In this document: piece after piece, positions 10,234-17,795 of the stretch | Layout: every line of letters starts with the position of its first letter | Position numbering within the stretch: the stretch's first letter is position 1 | Source: Bugula neritina | Lineage: Eukaryota > Animalia > Bryozoa | Reading direction: 5' to 3' | Assembly: GCA_964035545.1 (NCBI GenBank) | Contig: OZ037766.1 | Location: 13,816,722-13,880,721 of the forward strand | Length of the DNA: 64,000 bases | Made by a program: the position numbers and the translations under genes | The notes under the pieces: generated by a model | What the model was told of the DNA's origin: nothing | Seen by the model: the letters and a program-made list of their open reading frames with translations, nothing else | The model's database searches: none

Positions 10234-13200
10234 ATGACCAAGAAGACCCCTACAGCGTCTGACGAGATGGGATGGCAGACACCTCGGAGATCTCGGAAAC
10301 CGAAAGGTTTACCCGATCCTCCGGTCATGCCACTCAACACCCGGATGGAGTCAGAAGACGTAGGATGGCAGGCACCTCGGAGATCTCGGAGACCGCAAGG
10401 TCTACCCGATCCTCCGGCCTGGCCACTCCAGAACCGGTTCGCGGGGTTACCCGAGGAAGTCGTGGAGGAGGACTCAGCTTACTCGCAAGAGTACCCCAAG
10501 CTGCCCTCCCGACCTCAGAAAACCCCCGTTGTCTCTAAGACGATGAGGAGGCCCGCTGTGCGGACCCAAGTTGTGTCTCCCCCAGAGACTAACCGCTCCA
10601 GGAGCACCCAACCATATGGAAGCAGCTACTTCCTACCCGGAAAAATTTCGGGTAAAGCTGCCACATTCCTACTGGACACTGGGTGCACTACAAACCTGCT
10701 GAGTAGGCGTCTCTTTGACACTCTTGGTGCCCGAGAGCGGGCGAGCCTCGAGCCGTATGAGGGTGCGCATGGTACGTTGGCGGACGGATCATGCATTCCC
10801 TTCTACGGCATCCTTTCACTGCCTGGACGCATCCGTGATCAAGCAATTCACGAGACATTCATAGTCAGCCAGCTGAAGGAGGACGCCATCCTGGGAATGC
10901 CGTTTCTGGAGAAACACCAGTGTCACATGGATTTCCAGAAGTCAGTGGTGGTGATGGCTGGGAAAGAACTTGTCTGTGTTGACAAGTTCGGCAGGCCCTT
11001 GGTGGGCGGAGTCCAGGTAGTGCGGGACTGCACAGTTCCGGGAAGATCCCAGGCAACTCTTCGCTGCAGGGTCAACTGCAGGGAGATTGCTGACCTAGGG
11101 GTGGTTGAGGGAACGCACGGAGCGATCCGACTAGCAAACAGCCTGAATCGGCTAGATTGTCGGCAAGAGCTTCTCGTGCAGTGTATCAACCCCTTCACGG
11201 AACCTGTCCGATTATCGGCCGGAGCGCTAGTGGGGAAGTACCACTCCATCCAGGACGCGGATGTGGGTCCGGCACTGGAAACAGTGGCCGATACCCAGGG
11301 AAACCCCCCTCGCACCAGCCGAAGAGCAGTCCCGGAGCATATGGCTGACCTGTACGATGGAGCGTGCGGCAACTGTACGAGTAGTACTGAACGCCAAGTA
11401 CTGGCTCAACTACTCGCGGAGTACAGTGATGTCTTCAGTCGTGGTGATGAAGACATGGGGCTGACTAAGGTTATCTCTCACGAGATACCCCTGGCAGCCG
11501 GCACCACTCCCATCAGGCAGCCCACCCGGCGTCTAGGCCCGGAGAAAGAGAAGGAGGTGAGCCGACAGGTGCAATATCTTCTCAACCGGGATCTGATTGA
11601 GCCTGCCCACGGTGCGTGGAGCTCTCCAGTAGTCCTGGTCAAGAAGAAAGATGGTAGCTGGAGGTTCTGTGTGGACTACCGCAGACTCAACAGCGTTACC
11701 ATCCAAGACGCCTACCCTCTCCCACGGATAGATGAGTCTCTGGATGCCCTCGCGGGTAGCAAGTACTTCAGTACTTTGGATCTGCTTAGCGGGTACTGGC
11801 AAGTGCCCCTCAGTCCTGATGCCCAGGACAAAGCAGCATTCATTACTCGCGATGGGCTCTGGAAGTGGAAAGTACTGCCATTTGGACTAACGTCCGCCCC
11901 GGCAACTTTCCAACGGCTCATGGAGCAGGTCCTCAGTGGACTACACTGGAAGACCCTTCTCATCTATCTGGACGACGTCATTGTCATCTCTCCAGACTTC
12001 TCGACTCATGTCAGTCGTCTGCGGGAGGTCTTTGACCGTCTCCGGGCAGCTGGACTCAAGCTGAAGCCCTCCAAGTGTGCACTCTTGCAGCCGGAAGTCA
12101 CGTACCTGGGCCATGTGGTGGGCCGTGATGGGGTCGCTACCGACCCGGAGAAGGTACAGGCTGTGAAGGAGTGGACTGTCCCCCGTGACCTCCCTGAGTT
12201 GCGCGCATTCCTGGGCCTAGTAGGGTACTACCGGCAGTACATACCTGGCTTCGCAGGAGTGGCTCAGCCGTTAAATCGGCTGACCGCAAAAGGGGTCCGG
12301 TGGCAGTGGACGCAGGAGGAGCAGCAGGCATTCGACCACCTCAAGCAACGGCTAATGGAGGCGCCAATTCTGGCGTATCCTGATCCAGCCAAGGAGTACA
12401 TCCTGGACACCGACGCCAGTGACCACAGCGTGGGAGCTGTCCTGTCTCAAGTCCAGGGTGGAAGCGAGGTGGTCGTGGCTTACTACAGCAAGACTCTCGC
12501 GGCCGCCGAGAAGAACTACTGCACCACTAGGAAGGAACTCCTAGCAGTAGTCAAGGCGGTCAAGCACTTTCGGCCATATCTGTATGGGAGAACGTTCCGT
12601 TTGCGAACAGACCATGCATCACTGATATGGTTGTGTAAACGTGCGGAGCCCTCGAGCCAGGTAGCTCGTTGGCTAGAGATTCTTGCCGAGTTCTCTTACC
12701 GGATAGAGCACCGTGCTGGCCGGAAGCACGGGAACGCCGACGGCATGAGCCGCCGGCCGGTAGAGGACTGTAAGCAATGCCTGCACATTGAAAAGCGGGA
12801 CGGGGGACCCGCTCGCCTTGACGTGGAAACAGAGTTAGGGGAAGGCGCCGTCTATCGGTGGGAGCACGGCCATCTTCGGACCGAAACCCACTCAGACGAC
12901 GTCCAGGCGCTCCGCGCCAACCCCACTCTGTACCAGAATGTCAAGGAGCTGTGCCGACTCCAGGAGACGCTACCCGGCGCGGTAGCGGACATTTTCCGGG
13001 CCAAGAAGGAGGGCCGACGACCTAGCGAGGAACAGCAGCGGCAGGGGGACGTTGAGTTCCAACTCCTCTGTCGTCGCTGGGATGCCCTCAAGGTCAGTCC
13101 TGATGGCCTCCTGATGATAACGTTAGCAGCAGACAACCGTCAGCAGGAGAGGGACCGCGTCGTCTGTCCACGCGCCCTCCGACGGGAACTGATCTGGGAC

Positions 13201-16119
13201 ACCCATAAGCAGGCTCATTCTGGAGTCAGTCGGGTCATCAGGTGTCTGCGGCTGCGTTGGTATTGGCCCGGAATGACTCGGGACGTACGACTGCGGGTAC
13301 GGCAATGCGAGGTCTGCCAAGCTAGCAAGCATGGCCGCCCCACGGAAACCACTGGTCGACGCCGGCTATACGCTGGTCGACCGTGGCAAGTAGTGGCGGT
13401 AGACCTCGTCGGGCCTATGCCGTTATCCGCCAGAGGGAACACCTGGATACTGGTGCTCACGGACCACTTTACCCGGTGGGCAGATGCTCTGGCTATTCCA
13501 GACGCAACAGCCCCCACGGTGGCCCGGGCCCTGGACCAACATGTATTCTGTTACCTCGGTTTACCCGAGCAGATACATACGGACCAGGGTGCCCAGTTTC
13601 AGTCCCAGCTCATGGGAGACCTCTGCCGGATATGGGGGGTGAACCAGAGTCGGACCACCCCATATCACCCGCAAGGGAACGGAGTCGTCGAGCGGAACAA
13701 CAGGATGTTGGGTGACGCCCTCAGGAGCCTGCTCCTTGGTCGAGGTCAGGAAGAATGGGACGTGGTGCTGCCGCAAATCATGCGGGCCTACCGCAGCACA
13801 CCACACTCCGCCACGCAGGAGACCCCAAACTTCCTGATGCTAGGCCGAGAGACGCGGGTTCCGGAACACCTGACCTACCATGTTCCTGCCCCCGAGTCAC
13901 CGGTACACGAGTATGTGGAGGGTCTGATAGATATCATGGGCAAAGCTCATGATGCGCTGCGTACCCAGCAGTGGCAGACTCGCACAGAGGACTCGGAAGA
14001 GCCCCCGTTGTACCAGGTGGGGGACTGGGTCTGGATGGTGAGCTATCGTAGGCGACGCGGACAGTCGGCTAAGCTTCAGCCCAAGTTCGTCGGTCCCTAC
14101 TGTGTAGTGGAGGTGCTGCCCAACCACACGTACCGTGTGGAGCGCTCTGGCCAGGTCTCGGTCCAGAGCGAGCAGCGCCTGAAACCTTACCATGCCAGCC
14201 CAGACGCAGTGGGTCAGGCACCACCCTTCTTGGAGCCCAACCGCCAGCCCAACCAGCGAGGGAGAATTACCCAACCCAGAGAGGTGGAAATCATCGTTCA
14301 GAGAGAGGCAGCACGTGAACAGGCCGCCCTACGAGAACAATTAGAGCGGCAACAAAGACAGGGGCAACAATTACCACCATCACAAGCTTCGGAGATACCG
14401 CCCCAACCAGAAGGAAGCGTCCCCACCCATCACACTGATGACAACAGGACCCCTCCTGTTACAGTAGTCGAAGAATCACAAGCCCTGACAGAACCCATCC
14501 AACTCGAGAGAAGCCAGAGAGACAGAAGACCCCCCAGATACTTAGCAGATTATGCAGTAGGACGCCTTGAAGTACCTCCTCGTAGTCTTAGTCCTTATAT
14601 TCCCATATACTATCCTACCTTGAGTGACAATTCTCTCAAAGACTCACAAAAATTTCATGAACAGAAGAAAAACTCAGACCGAAATTCGGTGGGCACGCGA
14701 TTACCTGAGTTATCATTTCAAAATTGGATGGAAATTCCCACGAGTCACGTGGCCATCGCCGCTGTAGGTAAAAATTTTAAAACACGAGGCTCGGCCATTA
14801 TTACTACAGCCATCGCACAAGCAACACGCAATTTAGAAATTAAAATACAAAATTTAAATTTTGATTTTAAACTACAATCGAATTCTAACTCAAACATGGA
14901 CTCCACACTCGTCGAATCTACTAACATCACCTCAGGTATTCCCTTACGATTAGAACCTCCACAAACGGAGTCTAATCAAATTAATGTTGATTGGGGTTTG
15001 TTAGATTCTTTAGAATCTGACTTATTAGAGCCAGATACCGAGATGGGTCTGGAAGGTGACCCTGTCCACGATTTCTTGTTGGACCAAGACGTGGGCTCGG
15101 TCACACTTTCAGACTCATCTCGGCCCCCAGTATGTAGTTTAGTGCCTTATAAAAGTATGCCGAAATTCGGCGATAGAGAGATCGGCTTCTCACAGCCTCT
15201 CCTATCTGTTGTAGGAAATAGTATGGATATAGATGAGGTCGGGTCGAGTTGTACCAACTCCCCCCCTCCCCCGGCCCCTGTCCCGGCTCCCAGCAGCCAA
15301 CAGGGCGCCACTCCACCGACAGGGGTGCCTCCCACCATCATCAGTGCCCCTGTGTCTAACCCGGTCGAGCTCCAACTCTCGGCCGGGGAAGAGCAGGGCA
15401 TACTGCTCGGTGGGGAACCCACGGAGAGAGATGATGACTCCCAGATACTGGCCTTGCCTCGGGCCTTGGTCGCCCGCCAGTACTGGGTCTCTCGAGAGAC
15501 CAACTTAAAAATTAGTCAAACGTGCGGCGAGCCGGGCAACCGCATCTGCCAGCAGTGTCGGAGGAAGTTTTCCTCCACACGGCGGCTGCGAGTTCACGCC
15601 CCGCAGCACTACATTAACGTGTTCTGCCCGTGTGGCGAGTTTTCCTACCAACGCGATTACGTGCTGAGGCACCAACGCATCGCACGCTGCCACACGGGCC
15701 ACACGTTTGCAGTGGACCAGGCCAGTTTCCCCGAATTCCGGGACCTGGTGCTGCCCCACGTTGCGGACCCCCGCAAATGGGCTACCCTTGCCCAAGGGTT
15801 TCCCGCATGCCGCCCAATCAGGGAGGTAGAGGAGGAGCCCGTCGCCACGCCTCAACCAGCGGCCACCCAGCCACTTCGGGTCGTGCTGGCACGGGTCGAA
15901 GGCGGCAGGTCCGGGTCCCCGGGCCTGAGCCAGCGACCCTCGGCGACGGGAAGAAGAAGACGGCCCCAGCGTAGCGCCACCAGCCACGCTGCATCCCTGC
16001 CACTGGAGGAGGAGGTCCGGTCCCTGCGCCGGCGCCTGAGACGATACGAGGACGAGCTGGGAGAGCTGAGACGACGAGTGAGCCGTTTGGAGCGGGCACG
16101 CGATACCGACCAACAATAG
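10234..16119 (+). CDS. pol: Pol polyprotein (protease, RT, RNase H, integrase) with ~520-aa C-terminal extension carrying 2 zinc fingers and a leucine zipper
   Basis: LLDTGCT (protease); YLDD (RT); ILDTDASD (RNase H); HKQAH...CEVC plus VAVD/TDQG/VERNN (integrase HHCC and DDE); KFVGPY (GPY/F); typical IN tail ERSQRDRRPPRYLADY ending ~14553; ORF stays open to 16119. Probably made as Gag-Pol through the frameshift at 10156. Confidence 0.96.
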   Translation: MTKKTPTASDEMGWQTPRRSRKPKGLPDPPVMPLNTRMESEDVGWQAPRRSRRPQGLPDPPAWPLQNRFAGLPEEVVEEDSAYSQEYPKLPSRPQKTPVVSKTMRRPAVRTQVVSPPETNRSRSTQPYGSSYFLPGKISGKAATFLLDTGCTTNLLSRRLFDTLGARERASLEPYEGAHGTLADGSCIPFYGILSLPGRIRDQAIHETFIVSQLKEDAILGMPFLEKHQCHMDFQKSVVVMAGKELVCVDKFGRPLVGGVQVVRDCTVPGRSQATLRCRVNCREIADLGVVEGTHGAIRLANSLNRLDCRQELLVQCINPFTEPVRLSAGALVGKYHSIQDADVGPALETVADTQGNPPRTSRRAVPEHMADLYDGACGNCTSSTERQVLAQLLAEYSDVFSRGDEDMGLTKVISHEIPLAAGTTPIRQPTRRLGPEKEKEVSRQVQYLLNRDLIEPAHGAWSSPVVLVKKKDGSWRFCVDYRRLNSVTIQDAYPLPRIDESLDALAGSKYFSTLDLLSGYWQVPLSPDAQDKAAFITRDGLWKWKVLPFGLTSAPATFQRLMEQVLSGLHWKTLLIYLDDVIVISPDFSTHVSRLREVFDRLRAAGLKLKPSKCALLQPEVTYLGHVVGRDGVATDPEKVQAVKEWTVPRDLPELRAFLGLVGYYRQYIPGFAGVAQPLNRLTAKGVRWQWTQEEQQAFDHLKQRLMEAPILAYPDPAKEYILDTDASDHSVGAVLSQVQGGSEVVVAYYSKTLAAAEKNYCTTRKELLAVVKAVKHFRPYLYGRTFRLRTDHASLIWLCKRAEPSSQVARWLEILAEFSYRIEHRAGRKHGNADGMSRRPVEDCKQCLHIEKRDGGPARLDVETELGEGAVYRWEHGHLRTETHSDDVQALRANPTLYQNVKELCRLQETLPGAVADIFRAKKEGRRPSEEQQRQGDVEFQLLCRRWDALKVSPDGLLMITLAADNRQQERDRVVCPRALRRELIWDTHKQAHSGVSRVIRCLRLRWYWPGMTRDVRLRVRQCEVCQASKHGRPTETTGRRRLYAGRPWQVVAVDLVGPMPLSARGNTWILVLTDHFTRWADALAIPDATAPTVARALDQHVFCYLGLPEQIHTDQGAQFQSQLMGDLCRIWGVNQSRTTPYHPQGNGVVERNNRMLGDALRSLLLGRGQEEWDVVLPQIMRAYRSTPHSATQETPNFLMLGRETRVPEHLTYHVPAPESPVHEYVEGLIDIMGKAHDALRTQQWQTRTEDSEEPPLYQVGDWVWMVSYRRRRGQSAKLQPKFVGPYCVVEVLPNHTYRVERSGQVSVQSEQRLKPYHASPDAVGQAPPFLEPNRQPNQRGRITQPREVEIIVQREAAREQAALREQLERQQRQGQQLPPSQASEIPPQPEGSVPTHHTDDNRTPPVTVVEESQALTEPIQLERSQRDRRPPRYLADYAVGRLEVPPRSLSPYIPIYYPTLSDNSLKDSQKFHEQKKNSDRNSVGTRLPELSFQNWMEIPTSHVAIAAVGKNFKTRGSAIITTAIAQATRNLEIKIQNLNFDFKLQSNSNSNMDSTLVESTNITSGIPLRLEPPQTESNQINVDWGLLDSLESDLLEPDTEMGLEGDPVHDFLLDQDVGSVTLSDSSRPPVCSLVPYKSMPKFGDREIGFSQPLLSVVGNSMDIDEVGSSCTNSPPPPAPVPAPSSQQGATPPTGVPPTIISAPVSNPVELQLSAGEEQGILLGGEPTERDDDSQILALPRALVARQYWVSRETNLKISQTCGEPGNRICQQCRRKFSSTRRLRVHAPQHYINVFCPCGEFSYQRDYVLRHQRIARCHTGHTFAVDQASFPEFRDLVLPHVADPRKWATLAQGFPACRPIREVEEEPVATPQPAATQPLRVVLARVEGGRSGSPGLSQRPSATGRRRRPQRSATSHAASLPLEEEVRSLRRRLRRYEDELGELRRRVSRLERARDTDQQ

Positions 16120-16159
16120 GGCCACTCTTTATATTGACACTGGTGGAGGGAGCATGTTT

Positions 16160-16295
16160 ATTTTATTGCTTTGCATGATACTACTTTTGTTTATTGTTTT
16201 GCATGATATTACTTATTTTATTGCTTTGCATGATATTGCTTTTGTTATTGTTTTGCATGATGTTACTTTGTTTACTACTTACATGATATAGCTTA
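16160..16295 (+). repeat. ~27-bp tandem repeat (5 copies, TTATTGYTTTGCATGAT core) in the retrotransposon 3' UTR
   Basis: GCATGAT/ACATGAT cores at ~16173, 16201, 16228, 16255 and 16281. Confidence 0.85.
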
Positions 16296-16445
16296 TGTGT
16301 CGCATGCTGTTGATTGTTTTTTTTTTTTTTTTTTTACCCACCATATTATTTCTTGTGTTGTCCCCCACGCTGTTTCATTTTTGTTGTTGTTGCGCAAATC
16401 CACATTTCCTCTTATCGGAAAGTATGCTTTCCGATGGGGGGTGTG

Positions 16446-16851
16446 TGTAATGGATTTTGCATGTACTTGTTTCCGGTTGCCGAGATCGGCCGAAATACCG
16501 AAAATCGGCGTTTCGGGCTACCGAAAACCCGAAATGCCGAAGTTCGGTGTTTCGGACTACCGAAATGCCGAAACGCCGAAATTCGGCGTTTCGGATGCCC
16601 GAAATGCCGAAGTTCGGCGTTTCGGGCCTCCGATCTCGGCAACAATGACAAAGCACTGTATCTTGTTGTATATAAAAGCCAGCGAGCTCCAGTGTTAGTC
16701 AGTCTACTACTGGAGCTCACTGGCAGAGGACCTTTAATATATTATATCATTCAATTAAATAAAGATTTCTTCACTTTTACAATACATCTTGTTCTCTCTA
16801 ACAAAGAGTATGTTCAGGCACTAGTTCTATTCAACCCACAAAAATACAACA
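16446..16851 (+). repeat. 3' LTR (406 bp)
   Basis: Matches 8810-9215 at offset 7636; preceded by a G-rich PPT and followed by the TSD ATAG. Confidence 0.97.
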
Positions 16852-17083
16852 ATAGTAATACTCAGTATCACTATCAGTATGAGTAGGATTTTTGCTATGT
16901 CTATTAGTATTACTATTAGGCATTAGCATTGAGTACTGCTGGAGTTTAACCCAATATTAATAATAATAATTAGTAATAATAATAGTTAATACTAACATCA
17001 AGTATGACTACTACTACTATAACTACTACTGCTGCTACTATTACTACTTCTGCTACCAGTATAACTACTAGTATTGTTGTATT

Positions 17084-17579
17084 GGTGTCATCCCAGATAG
17101 GCGATTCCCAGTTAGACGTTCGACGTTATATATTGTATGTGCAATTTATTTGAATATATATGTATATTTAAATAAAGCACATATTGAGCACATAAATAAA
17201 TTTCTTTGATCTGCATTAACATATTAATTTTACATATTTTTTGCTTCGTGTTTAAACAGATATTTTGTTAATGAGTATTGACGAATTGAAAATAATGTTT
17301 ATTATTAAAATATTACTGTTTTTTGTCCCACACAAATCTATGAAAATTAGAATATTATTCCAGATAATTCGTGTTAGCTATTATAGCTATTAGCATTTAA
17401 GCTATTTAGCAATTAACGCAACAGTTATATAGGTATATTACTATAAATTTATATAACACCAAAATAATAAATATCATCTAAATGGGAATCGTCCAAGTGG
17501 GAATCGTTTAAGTAGGAATCGTCTAAGTGAGCAATTTAGCCTATCATCTAACTGGGAATCGTCTATCTGGGATAAAACC
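17084..17579. mobile_element. Non-autonomous DNA transposon (MITE) inserted in the 5' LTR of the Mag-like element
   Basis: ~35-bp TIRs GGTGTCATCCCAGATAGGCGATTCCCAGTTAGACG / (rc) GGTTTTATCCCAGATAGACGATTCCCAGTTAGATG; 8-bp TSD GTTGTATT (17076-17083 / 17580-17587); 15-bp subterminal repeats GGGAATCGTCTAAGT. Confidence 0.9.
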
Positions 17580-17795
17580 GTTGTATTATACTTGAATTAC
17601 CGCACACGCTGAATTACTTTACTGTTATGTTTTATTCGTATGCGTTGTTATAGTTCGTATGCTTCTTCTCAAAATACATTCTCTTGGTATTAACACAACA
17701 TGGTGGTCAGTACAAAGTTTTAAGTTTATCGTGTTTAATCCGTGCCATCTGCTGTCCTTGGTTTCTTTTGCTGGCGTTATTGACGATTTACTGCT

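Larger units (their letters stand above)
8810..16851 (+). mobile_element. Full-length intact Ty3/Gypsy LTR retrotransposon with extended Pol
   Basis: LTRs 8810-9215 and 16446-16851 (TG...CA, 406 bp, no difference seen); 4-bp TSD ATAG (8806-8809 / 16852-16855); PBS at 9217; G-rich PPT at ~16436-16445; gag and pol in PR-RT-RH-IN order. Confidence 0.98.

Noticed and set aside
14554-16119. env gene in the post-integrase position
   Set aside because: No signal peptide, fusion peptide or transmembrane helix; features are those of a nuclear protein.
9191-16125. Antisense and alternative-frame ORFs within gag/pol (e.g. 15505-16125 minus)
   Set aside because: Expected in GC-rich coding DNA; no recognisable motifs.
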